Source: Cyanobacteriota bacterium
Lineage (GTDB): Bacteria; Cyanobacteriota; Cyanobacteriia; Thermostichales; Thermostichaceae
Direction: 5' to 3'
Length of the DNA stretch: 64,000 nt
NCBI GenBank assembly: GCA_033764955.1
Contig: JANRIL010000011.1
Location: 32,001-96,000 of the forward strand
Shown here: in pieces, positions 32,181-43,100 of the stretch
How positions within the stretch are numbered: position 1 is the stretch's first letter
Layout of the letters: each line of letters starts with the position of its first letter
Made by a program: the position numbers and the translations under genes
Notes under the pieces: model-generated
Database searches by the model: none
The model's input: the letters and a program-made list of their open reading frames with translations, nothing else
What the model was told of the DNA's origin: nothing

Positions 32181-32394
32181 AGAGATCTTCTCGTTTCCAG
32201 TCACGACCTGAGGTTGTGCGACGGTTCAAGCTTTGGATAAACGCTTTCTGCTTTTCCCACACCTCGATCCTGGTTCGCTGATCAATGGGTTCAACCAGGG
32301 TGAGTTCCACCGTTTGCCCCTCAAGGCTAGGATCTAGCTTTTCCGAAAGGATCAGGTTGCCGTCACGATAGGTTGCGGTCAGAATCTGACTCAT
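32161..32394 (-). CDS. Putative antitoxin
   Basis: LTATYRDGNL N-terminus and WKREDLYDR C-terminus, typical of PIN-associated antitoxins. Confidence 0.7.
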   Translation of the reverse strand: MSQILTATYRDGNLILSEKLDPSLEGQTVELTLVEPIDQRTRIEVWEKQKAFIQSLNRRTTSGRDWKREDLYDRHQH

Positions 32395-32424
32395 GGTTTC
32401 TCCTCGGCAGATTTTCTGTTGATC

Positions 32425-33597
32425 CTAGTCTAAGCCAGGGATCCCAGGGGTCTCGGCCTGCTTGGATTTACGAGAGGATCCTTTGGGCTTGGCTTGGGAT
32501 CCCCCGATGATCTCCTCTTGATAGCGTTGCTGGTTGAGTTTGAGCAGGCGAGCAAGGACTTCATCGTGGACTTCTTCGGGCCAGCGATAGCGCCAGGGTT
32601 TCTTGCGTTTGCTGGTTCCTTCGTCGTCTTCGTCTTCGTAGTCGAGCAGGAATTCGCAGTCGGTGGGGATGTCGTGCCAACCGTAGGCATCGAGGACGGC
32701 ACGATCCATTTGGGCATGGAGTTCGCGTTGTTTGAGGATATCGGGGTTGGTTTCGTCGGGGTCGTGGAAGCGGTTGTAGGTGGCGGTGAGTCCCTCGTTG
32801 TGGCGGATCATGAGATCGGCGCGGAATTCGTAGTAGGTTTTGCCTGCGGCTTCGAGGATGGGGTTAGTTTCCCAATCAAAAGGGAAGGGGAAGGTTTCAA
32901 AGCAGTCAGAAGGCGTGTAGCGGAGGTCATCTTTCATAGATGAACCCAAGAATCGCGCCCAAATTTCATGAATACGAGATTGAAGAATACAGAAAGTAGA
33001 GTAAGTTCCAAGTGAGACAACAATAAGTTGTTCAGAATAAACCATCCCGCTTGGTAGAAATGTAAATGCTCCAGTTTGACTAACACGAGGAATAACTAAC
33101 ACCCGATCGCACTGGGCGATCGCTTTTTGAAGGTCTAGAGCAGGGCGAGCAAACATCCACCATCTTGCAGGATTTACAATTGAGCCTTGTGTTAACCTTT
33201 TAGGCTTAACCTTCTCTTCCACGATTGCCATCAAGTCCGGATACTTCTGCATCTCATCTTCCTTCATGTCACCAAAATTAATCACATAGCGATGATGAGC
33301 ATGAGTGGGGCTACTATTCACTTCCTCACCGCCAATGTAAGGAAAAATCCGTTCTGCATTGCGCGGATCTTTTTCGATTAAGCGGTGCATTTCTGCAATA
33401 GGGGTCGCATCGGAATTAGAGTCATCAAACGTAAACCCCATCCCTAACACATAGCTACCTACGAAACTCTTGTTAGCATTTGCCAATAACACAGCAGGGT
33501 CATCATTTCCACCTTTTGCAAACAAAAACGCCGTAATTTTTTCAACAGGTTTGCCATCCAGTAAAATCGGAATATCAGGCGGAAAAGATTGCAGCAT
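32425..33597 (-). CDS. DISARM methyltransferase DrmMI, C-terminal (target-recognition) part
   Basis: GMGFTFDD, PYIGGEEVN, LRYTPSDCFETFPFP, GLTATYNRFHDP, EVLARLL. Confidence 0.85.
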   Translation of the reverse strand: MLQSFPPDIPILLDGKPVEKITAFLFAKGGNDDPAVLLANANKSFVGSYVLGMGFTFDDSNSDATPIAEMHRLIEKDPRNAERIFPYIGGEEVNSSPTHAHHRYVINFGDMKEDEMQKYPDLMAIVEEKVKPKRLTQGSIVNPARWWMFARPALDLQKAIAQCDRVLVIPRVSQTGAFTFLPSGMVYSEQLIVVSLGTYSTFCILQSRIHEIWARFLGSSMKDDLRYTPSDCFETFPFPFDWETNPILEAAGKTYYEFRADLMIRHNEGLTATYNRFHDPDETNPDILKQRELHAQMDRAVLDAYGWHDIPTDCEFLLDYEDEDDEGTSKRKKPWRYRWPEEVHDEVLARLLKLNQQRYQEEIIGGSQAKPKGSSRKSKQAETPGIPGLD

Positions 33598-33632
33598 AAT
33601 CCATGCTTTAGAGTGACAAAGTTTTTAGTGCT

Positions 33633-34049
33633 CTACGGCAATAACAAGTTTTGAAATGGTTGATTGTTTTTCCAGCGATACGTGTTGAAGTCTCGCTGAT
33701 CGACTGAGAAAATGCGTCCGTGTCCTAAATGCTCAGCCAAAATCACTAGAGAAGCATCTGCCAAATCCATTGGTAAACTGGCATATTGCTTCATTAGTTT
33801 CGCAATTCTTGAACCAGATTCAGATGGTAAATCAAAAACATTAAAAAGTTTTTGGTGGTAATTGTTGATGAATGCGATTTGTGCCTGTACCCCTTTACGA
33901 GTAAGTAACAGATAACAAGTCTCAGTCATAACAGACCACGTTGTAATGAGAGATTCATCATAGGTTTGAAAAGCTTGATTGGCTGCTTCGTGATACCTAT
34001 CTTTTGCATCAGCGAGTGCCAACCAAAAACCCGTATCAACGATGATCAT
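33633..34049 (-). CDS. VapC family PIN toxin
   Basis: IIVDTGFWLAL, TETCYLL, MDLADASLV, VDQRDF. Confidence 0.9.
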   Translation of the reverse strand: MIIVDTGFWLALADAKDRYHEAANQAFQTYDESLITTWSVMTETCYLLLTRKGVQAQIAFINNYHQKLFNVFDLPSESGSRIAKLMKQYASLPMDLADASLVILAEHLGHGRIFSVDQRDFNTYRWKNNQPFQNLLLP

Positions 34050-34293
34050 ATTTTGTATTCCATCCCTCTGAAAGCACTTGTTTATAGTCTGTAGAAAGAT
34101 TTTCTTCTACAGAGACACAACCAATAAATCCGCTCTCTTTGAATTTCTGATAGGAACTGTCCTCAGCGTTTGCTTTCGATTGATCTACCTGCGGATATCG
34201 CTTTTTCAGGATTTCAATAAAATCCATCAGCAATAGTTGAGCCTCTTCAGGCAAGGCTTGAATATCTTGTTGCATCTGTTCCAGGCTAGACAT
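34036..34293 (-). CDS. Antitoxin partner of VapC (DUF2281-like)
   Basis: IQALPEEAQ.LL.DFIE.LK; ATG 34293 overlaps methyltransferase stop (TAATG). Confidence 0.75.
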   Translation of the reverse strand: MSSLEQMQQDIQALPEEAQLLLMDFIEILKKRYPQVDQSKANAEDSSYQKFKESGFIGCVSVEENLSTDYKQVLSEGWNTKYDHR

Positions 34294-37094
34294 TATGCAG
34301 CACCTCCAACCATCGTTTTTTCGCGGGCAACTGTCCCGATCTTCATGATATGCACTAAACTCACCACCACTGCCGCTAATCCCGGCCATTTGTAACGGCG
34401 GGTGGCGTTGTAAATCATGCCGCCATTGTTGCAAATAAACCGGAGGCCGGTGCTGCGAGTGTCGCCCTGAGCGATGGTGTTGGTCGCAATTAAACCAACC
34501 GTGCCGCCCCAACGCAGCAATGTAAACGATCGCCTAAAGAAGTGCGCCACCAGATCCGCATTGCCGTGAGATTCGGGATGCACAATTTTCAACCACTCCA
34601 GATACCCCTCAGGATGGGCGTTAATCGTCGTATTTTTCCCCGCAAACGGTGGATTGCCCACGATCGCATCAAACCCCGAATTTTCCCGCTCAAACACTTC
34701 AGGAAACTCTAATTCCCAGTTAAACGGCTGTACTGCCTTGGTTCCCGTTGTTAGCTTGGCAACAACTGATTGAATTTCAGATTCATCCACCAATCCCTTC
34801 TCATAGCCAATCAATTTACCGCCAAATTCCTCACGATATTTCTGCCGTTGTTTGGCATTGTCACCCGCAAAGAAAGAGGCGACTGCGACTTTTGCTGTTA
34901 ATCGAGCCGGTTCTAAGGCGCGATCGACATCTTGCAATAACGCCTGTTTTGTCTCCGCATCCCCATCTGATCGCGTATCCGACGTTTGAATCTGCTGTCG
35001 ATACGCCAGTGCCTTCGTTGCCGACTGCTTCATTAACAACTTGTGGTCTTCAAAAAACGTTGGCTCATAAGCTGCACTTGCCCCAAAGCTACCAATCTCT
35101 GTTCTGGTCAGCCCCACCAGCGAATCACCGCACTTGAGCGCATGATCCAAAAACGTAAACGGCAAATCTTTTGCCAGCGTCACCAACCACAGCGACAATC
35201 GCGCCAGGTTCACCGCAAACGGGTTCTTATCCACCCCATACAAACACCGCTGCGCCACCAATCGCCGCGCCACCACCACATCCTCCACCGTCTCCGGCAG
35301 ATCCGCTGGCTTGCCGTGATAGTTCCAGGCTTCCACCAACTTGTCTGCCAACTGCCGACAGGCTTCCACCAAAAACGCCGCAGAACCCATCGCCAGATCG
35401 CACACCTTCAGATCCAACAACTGCTCTGGTGTAGGATGCTCGCCTAAATTCTTCAGCACAGGCTCCAGCGTCTTCTCCACGATCGGCTGCGTCAACTTCC
35501 GAGGCGTGTAGTGAGACCCCGATCGCCGCCGTTCCTCTCCCGGTTGCAAAAACAGACTGCCTGCCGCTAACAAATTAGGAGTTCTGGACGAAACCCGACG
35601 ACCAATGGCAGCAGCAATGTCTTCTGCCGTTTTTGCCTCCTTCAACTCCTTCAAGGCTGCCCCTTTCAGTTCACACTCTGCCGCTTTGAGAATGTTGACG
35701 CGATCGGCTGGCTTTGCCGCCAGGATCTTGTCTACATCCACCACCACATCTTTCGGACGAACGGCGATCGATCGTCCGTGGGCAATCTCCACCTCATAGC
35801 CCATGATCGCCTCATAAACCGAGCCAATCTGCTCAACATCAAGGGCACGATAGGATAATCGCTCTCCATCCAACATCAGCAGCTTATCCAGCATTCGGTA
35901 AACCACCCCATCTGAGACGCGAGGGGCTTCAATTCTGCCGAAGGTGGCAAAGTGAGAAGCGATCGGGCGACCTTCTAAAAACGGGTACTCATCTGGGTCA
36001 AACAACTGCCCATGCCGCGCGGGAAGGTACTCCTCCGTCGGGCCACCTCCGTCATACACCAGACGAAACAGACTCAACAGCGTTGCCCATGCCCCATACC
36101 GCTGATCCATCGTGTCTGGGTAGTTGCCTGCATCCTCTCGCAACTTCTCATACAGCCCCGACACCGCGTAGTTGCGCTGATAAACCTCATCATCCGGCAT
36201 CAGCCCTTCATCTTCGGCATAGAGCAGGAACACCAGCCGCATCAGCGTGGTGATCAGCCCCCCATAGATATGCTGCGGGTCAGTTTCAGCTAACTCTCTG
36301 AGGATCTTTCCATTTACTGTTGCATCCGCCGCCTGAAACCCTTTCAGTAATTCCCACAGGGCATCCAAAACCTGTTCCGCCAGTTTGGTGGAGACCTCGG
36401 CTTGATAGTGGCGGCTATCTTCCAGCAGTTGGGGCAACCGTTGCGCTTCTGGCACGTTAAAGAGTCGTTCGGATCCGAGTAGCAGATCCAAGGCCCCCAA
36501 AATCAGACGCCCCGACACCTCGGTCATGGCCTGCACTGGGAACGTCACATGACCGGATGATTCCCCATTGGGGGCAACCACCAAGCGGATCGCGGTGCCG
36601 TTAAACAGGATCCCTTGATAGACCTTGGTTTCTCGCAACAGCCGCTCAAACTTGGCTTGAGAACTGGCTTTCCATCCGTGAGCACTTGCAAAGGGATCCT
36701 CATCGTCAAAGGGTTGCCCTGTAGGCAGAGTTTGGATGAGCAGGATCCAGGTATCCGCTTGCCCATCCGTCCCTTTCACGGCATAGGTGGGACTGAGAAC
36801 CTCGCCATAATTGGGCAAAGCTACCGTTAATTCCTCAGGGGGATCCTTTAGGTCATCAGGCAGCCACCCCAGTACAGTTTGAGTGAAACCAGGAAAATCA
36901 GGGATCCAAGCACAGGGATCCCCTCGCAGCTCAGGCGTTGTGACCGCCAGGAGCTTTTCTTGGAGATCCACCAGTTTGCCTCGATCAATAATGGCCTGCG
37001 CTTTGATCAGAGCAGGGGGAGAGACCACCAGACCGACAGGTTGTAGTAGTCCTAGCCATTCTTTGTGGCGGTAGGTGTCGAGATCTGTGCTCAT
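34293..37094 (-). CDS. DISARM adenine methyltransferase DrmMI, N-terminal/catalytic part
   Basis: GSHYTP, CDLAMGS (motif I), YGVDKNP, GNPPF (motif IV). Confidence 0.88.
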   Translation of the reverse strand: MSTDLDTYRHKEWLGLLQPVGLVVSPPALIKAQAIIDRGKLVDLQEKLLAVTTPELRGDPCAWIPDFPGFTQTVLGWLPDDLKDPPEELTVALPNYGEVLSPTYAVKGTDGQADTWILLIQTLPTGQPFDDEDPFASAHGWKASSQAKFERLLRETKVYQGILFNGTAIRLVVAPNGESSGHVTFPVQAMTEVSGRLILGALDLLLGSERLFNVPEAQRLPQLLEDSRHYQAEVSTKLAEQVLDALWELLKGFQAADATVNGKILRELAETDPQHIYGGLITTLMRLVFLLYAEDEGLMPDDEVYQRNYAVSGLYEKLREDAGNYPDTMDQRYGAWATLLSLFRLVYDGGGPTEEYLPARHGQLFDPDEYPFLEGRPIASHFATFGRIEAPRVSDGVVYRMLDKLLMLDGERLSYRALDVEQIGSVYEAIMGYEVEIAHGRSIAVRPKDVVVDVDKILAAKPADRVNILKAAECELKGAALKELKEAKTAEDIAAAIGRRVSSRTPNLLAAGSLFLQPGEERRRSGSHYTPRKLTQPIVEKTLEPVLKNLGEHPTPEQLLDLKVCDLAMGSAAFLVEACRQLADKLVEAWNYHGKPADLPETVEDVVVARRLVAQRCLYGVDKNPFAVNLARLSLWLVTLAKDLPFTFLDHALKCGDSLVGLTRTEIGSFGASAAYEPTFFEDHKLLMKQSATKALAYRQQIQTSDTRSDGDAETKQALLQDVDRALEPARLTAKVAVASFFAGDNAKQRQKYREEFGGKLIGYEKGLVDESEIQSVVAKLTTGTKAVQPFNWELEFPEVFERENSGFDAIVGNPPFAGKNTTINAHPEGYLEWLKIVHPESHGNADLVAHFFRRSFTLLRWGGTVGLIATNTIAQGDTRSTGLRFICNNGGMIYNATRRYKWPGLAAVVVSLVHIMKIGTVAREKTMVGGAA

Positions 37095-37106
37095 GACAGG
37101 GATCCT

Positions 37107-40100
37107 CTAAAGTTGACCCGCTAAAAGGACAGTGTAATGCCAACCCTGGGTTTTAATTTCAGGTGCTAGTTGTTTATAATATTTCTCTGGAGTTATTTCC
37201 ACACTTACGGGATAGCGATAGATATTACTAACTCGAATCTGTGATTGATCATTGCCATATAAATCTGCTTGCAAGTACCCGATTATTCGTTGTCCATGGA
37301 GTACTTGTCTTCTATTTTTGATGACCACAGAATCGTTAATTCTTACATGAGTTCTCAAATAATCTTGGAGTCCATCATTGTATTGCTCCTTAAAACCAGG
37401 CCAGGAAATAAAAACTTCATCAGGGGATCCTTCTAGCCTTAGTACTTGCTGATTTATCCCTTGGAATGCTTGTTTCTTTGACCATGCCTTTTCCCGTGGC
37501 CCCCAGTCAAAGTAAAGCTCATTTTTAGCACGAGTCACGGCAACATAATAAAGTCGAGCCTCTTCGGCTGCTGAGTCTAGAATATTATTTCCATGACCCT
37601 CAAAATTATCTCCATCATCCTTATCCATAAAGGGAAAAGTTGTGATCGAACTAGGAACGTAAACGACATCAAATTCTAGACCCTTGACTTTGTGAATGGT
37701 GGAAATGGTGATCCCAGGATCCCGATTCGATAGAGATTGAGATAGTCGGGTAAAATCACTAGTTTTTAAATCCTGAATCATCGCCAGATGTTGGCTTAAA
37801 GTGCTATAACTTTCATATTCGACGAACGTAAGTGACCTCAGTTGCTCAATAGACTCAATTCCGTAATTTACATCGGCAAGAACAAGCTGCCGGTATTGCT
37901 CAAGTAACTCATCCCAAATTGAAGATGTAAGTCCGGGATCAGGCTCTTGAGAAAGATAGGTTTGGCACAGATCTATCCATTCTCCAATCTCTCGTACTTG
38001 AGCTAGTTTAAGATTATTATTGCTTTGGATCCGAAGTGGTTTAACATTACTATTTTGCAATAAATTATAGAATTGAAAAACTTCGCTATTAGTCCTGCAT
38101 AATACAGCCATTGATTTAGGGTGCTCAATGTTCACACAATTATAGGCCATAACTTCTTGGGCCAAATTGACCAGTCGTGGACACTTAGGATCCACATCTT
38201 CAATTATCTGATGATCTATGATTCCATTTTCATCGCGATAGGCTTGAAGCGTGATATTGGCTTTAACTCGATTAGGAATTAGGTTGGTAGCAAGCACTTG
38301 GGATCGCTGAATAATATCGAAAGTGGAGCGATAATTTACCAGCAGGTTAATCACATCACTTTGATAGTCAATCCGGAAATCTTGTAAGTATTGATTAGCA
38401 TGAAGGCGGTCGCCGCGCTTGCGAGTCCAAAGCAAAATATCTTGGTCATCATCCCCAATAACAACAACACCTGCCCCGCTACCTTGGTAAAGAGCCAAGA
38501 TTACTTTATAGAAATCCTCGTTCATATCTTGGAACTCATCAACTAAGATGGCTTTATAATTCGCTGAGACCCTATTTCTAAGAGCTTCATCTGTCTGCAT
38601 TGCTAGAGCAAAATTATGAAGAGTTACTTTGAGATCATTATTCCTATCCCTTACATCACTCAAACTCTTGAGCGCAAAACTATGAAAGGTATAAACCTGC
38701 ATCCGGCGAACAAAGGATCCATAGCCTAGTTGTTTGAAGAGATCCCGTACTCGCTTTTTGATTTCGTACACAACAGCACGATTAAAAGCCAAGACTAGAA
38801 TTTCATGAGGCTGAAGTCCTTGACGGTAAATCAAGTCAGCACATCGCATCATCAGGACATGAGTTTTGCCTGCTCCAGGGCCTGCATTGACTAACAGATT
38901 TTGGTTATAGGGATGCTCACATACGTCCTTTTGTTGAGGATTAAGGCACTCTTTTGCCTGGTGAATAGCCTCTTCTCTCACTCTGCCTTGGATTTGTTTC
39001 AGTGCTGGATTGACTTCGAGAATATCATCATCGATTTCCCCAATAGTAGAATCAATCACTTTCTCTAGAGCAGTTAAAGAATCTGCTTCAAAATAGCGAT
39101 CTATATAACCTGCCCGCAAGGAATCCGGTAGATAAGCATAAAGTTCCATAGCTTGGGCTCGCCGCAAAGCCATATTGTTAAGATCGTCGATAGTCTTTAT
39201 CATTTTCTGATCTAACGGATGCATTTGCTCACGATCAGTTTCGATTTGATCTGGCTTGAGAATTTCTAGGATATAGCTAAAGGTTGTAATCTCATTTGAA
39301 GCAGAGTAGATTCCTAGATTACTTATAAGCTTGATTGCAGATTGCAAGGGTTTTATCTTGACAGCTTTAGGGCAACACTTTAATAATTCATCAAGAGTCA
39401 AGTCTATTTCGTTTTGATTGGCAGGTTCTTTGTTGAGTATGGTGAGTAAAGCTTGGCTAATTTCAAGAATTAGCTTCGCTTTCTCAATCCACTTTGGAGT
39501 AAGATGATATGAGTAAAAGATAGTTTGATTGTCACTAATATTCTCATCAAAGCGAATCAAGATATCTCGCAATAATTTAACGACACTCCTGACAACTCTT
39601 TTTTGTGCGTCCTTAATCTTCCTTTCAGACCAAGTTGCTGTCATAGATTCTTGTTGAAGATCTGCAGAAAGATCAGAAATTAGATCGTCCCAGTAAAGTC
39701 TTGGTTGCTTAGCTTTTTGATTAACAATATTCAGGATTTTCCTTAGCCACTTGAACTGCTGTTCTTGCATATCGTGATAGTGACCCTTTTTGAACTGGAT
39801 CTTGCGATTAATCTTTAGTGCCCCAACCTGACTTAGCTTCAAGATTCCTGTCCATACTTGATCCATTTGCCTCAACTGAGAGTGCCTCCACAAGTTATCA
39901 AGACTAAGATCTACCGTGGTCCACTTGTCGTTTGTGGTTCTTTCATCATTGGATTCAGTTCCTAGATCTATTGGTTCCCTTGAACTAGAAGTTATAGTTG
40001 TTTGTATTCCCGTTAGTTGGCTTATAGGCAAAGATGTAGATCGTTGATCAGCCAATGACTGCCCGAAAAAGAAGCCTAAAACTCCTTTGGCAACATTCAT

Positions 40101-43100
40101 GATTACTTGAGAGATGGAAGAGGCTAAAGATCTAGAGTCTTTCTGATTTTCTGATGGATCGATTTTTGTTAAAGCTGTGGAGAACTCTGGAATTGAAATA
40201 TCTGAATTGGCAAAATCAATCTCAGGTACAGGAACTCCACTGATAGTAAAACTGTTTGATTCAAACAAGCTTAGTAAAGCTCTTGCAACTGTAGCAGTCA
40301 GATCAGATCCCTGACTATATTGTTTCAAATTATCGGCTTTTAATTCTACTTTGAGTAATCCTGGCAAATAAGCACAAATTGTTAATCGCTCTGAATACTC
40401 TAACCAAAATAAATATCGCCTCAGAGCATCTTCTTTAAAACTTCCAAATTCATCTATAGGGATAATAGCAATAGGATTCTCACCTTGAATTAAGGGTCTG
40501 GCTTCTGCAACAATCTCTATCCAAAGTTCTCGCAACTGAGGCACGGTGATCCGGTTTAGTTGAATCAAGGATTGTGTAGTGTCAAAGTCACCAGGTGCAA
40601 ATAGTAGCTTTCCTTGAACATACTCTAAGCTAGCAGCTTCTCGACTTTCCTTGTTACGACCAATTCTACCGACTTCTTGCAAGTAATCTTCTAAATAATT
40701 TGGCGGTGACAAATGCAAGCACCAATGAATATGAGCGATATCCATACCCATGCCAAAGGCTTTAGTACAAACTAGTACTTTTATTTCGTGATCTAGAAAA
40801 CTATGATAGAGTTCGATCCGCAGATCGGCAGATAATCCGGCATGGAAATAATCTACTTGACAATCTATTTCTTCTCTTTCATTTATTAACTTAACTAGTT
40901 CTTCTGCATGCCGCCTACGCGTAACGAAAATAATGACACTGCTACGTGAGAGATCTGCAGATCGAATTATATTCTCGACGTAACCCAAACGAGGAGATAG
41001 GGATTCAGATTGAGCAGAAAAAGTGACTTCAACATTTTCAGCAGTTAGTTGAATGAAAGGCTGAATAGGATGTCGTATTTTCTCTGGGCGAAGGACGTAG
41101 GTATTTTGATTTGCATCGATCTCCTGCTCTAGATCCTTACGAACAATCTCTGTGATAGTTGCAGAAAATAGCAAGACCGGAATCAACTCTCCATTAGGTT
41201 GATGTCGATAAAAATGTCGAATCTCTCGCGTAGCGAATAAATAGTCAGGTCGAAATTCAAAACCCCACTGACTTACACAATGCGCCTCATCAATGACGAT
41301 GTATTCAAAACCTTGATCAAACTCAAATCGTCGCTGAATAGCCTCTCGAAAACGTGGGATTCGAAACCGTTCTGGAGCGACAAATAAAAGTTTGATGCGG
41401 TTATCAATAATCCCTTGATAAACTTCTGATGTCTGCCAGGGATCGCGATCTCCACTGAGATAATCAACTGATTGAATAAACCCTTTGCGCCACAAGGTAT
41501 TCACTTGATCCGCCATCAAAGCTCGTAACGGTGAGATTACTAGGGTGAGGCGTTGGGTAAACGCACCGCGTAGTAGAGCTGGAATATGAAACAGTACGGA
41601 CTTACCTTCACCCGTTGGGAGCCTGACTAGTACATCTTGGGTACGGGTAATGATTGCCTCGATGGCTGGCTTTTGGGTTCCTTCTCGAAAGTCCAGGTAG
41701 CCCCAATGAGCTTGCAAAAACTGTCGATAGCTTTCGTAATCTGTCGGGGGATCCCGTCGCTCAATATCGCCTAGTATATTTCGTAAAGTTTCTAACAGTC
41801 GCTCCGGTTGCTTGAGTTTTGCCAGAGGAATCTCCCGGATAAGAATTCTTTTTTCTTGCCCCAGGGAGAGGTGGCTGAGACGGCTATCCAAAATTATTGG
41901 CACACATGAGGGATCCTTAAACTGAAAACGAGTCCATAGCCAGGGGCCCAAGTGACGCTCAATCGCGATAGTCATTGCTGAAGCAGAAATCTGCACTGGT
42001 AAAAGGGTAGTTCTATCCCCTCCTCCCTGACGCTCACTCTGAAGTTCTTCATCCTCGTCTAGATTTGCCCCATCTCCCTCATATCCGTCTTCGGCTTCAT
42101 TCAGTATTAAATCCGGATCATTCTCTTGCTGAGCTTGGTCGAGTAGCCACCACTCCTCTAATGGCAACGCTTCAATCAGGGGTAACACCTTGCACCCTAA
42201 AGTGGCAGCCGCATCCAAAAACCGATCCACCTGGTCTATAGCCGATATCACTAACGGTTTGCTCCGCCGCCGTACTTTTTCAAAATGTCGTAGTATCGAC
42301 CCTCCCGATCGTTCAATTGTCAGTCCCAAAGTCGCTATTGCTTGTTCAATGGCTCTTGCTTCCCCCGCCTCATCCACCAGTAATAACAGCATCACATCGG
42401 GATCCGTCTGATAATGCACCGACAAAACCCGCAGCAGCAAATCATCCCAATAGCGAAGCCGATTACCAGAACCCGGTGATAGTCCTTCCCGAATTCCACC
42501 GGGATCCTTCCAGCGGGGCAATATCACCTCCCACTGACTGCTGTAGTTATGAGGTGTGACATCTTCAGACTGCTGGATCTTTTCAAATAAATCCGCCAGA
42601 TCGGCTCCCAGCAGCCGCAAAGCCCAGGGAAACTGCCGCTCTTGTCGACCCCGCAGTGGGTCATACTCTAGCCAACAGTGGAGTGGTTTCTTATCTACTC
42701 CCCACTGGAATAAATCAACTCCTTCTGGAATGTTGAACAGCATCCGCCCTGCCAAATCAGACGTTTGGGAAATCAGGGATCCTAGTCCCTGCCTAACTTT
42801 TTCCGTCGATAAGGGTTCTAGGTGTATCCTCTCAAAGATTCCTTCCTCTGGATACAGAGGGATAATGTCTTCTGGGATTGGCAGATTTATTGGCAAATCA
42901 TGATAGGCTATTGCCCCTATAACTCCATCTCCTGATTCTCCAGCAGTGATTGGATTGTCTATAGCTTCGTAGAGTAACGAATCTAGCCCTTCCCTTAACC
43001 ACATTGGAATCATCCGGAGCACCACTTGAACCTGTTGACGCTCTGCCTGACGCACCACTACTGCCACGGCTCGTAGATCCCGTCGCTCAGGATGAGCTTC

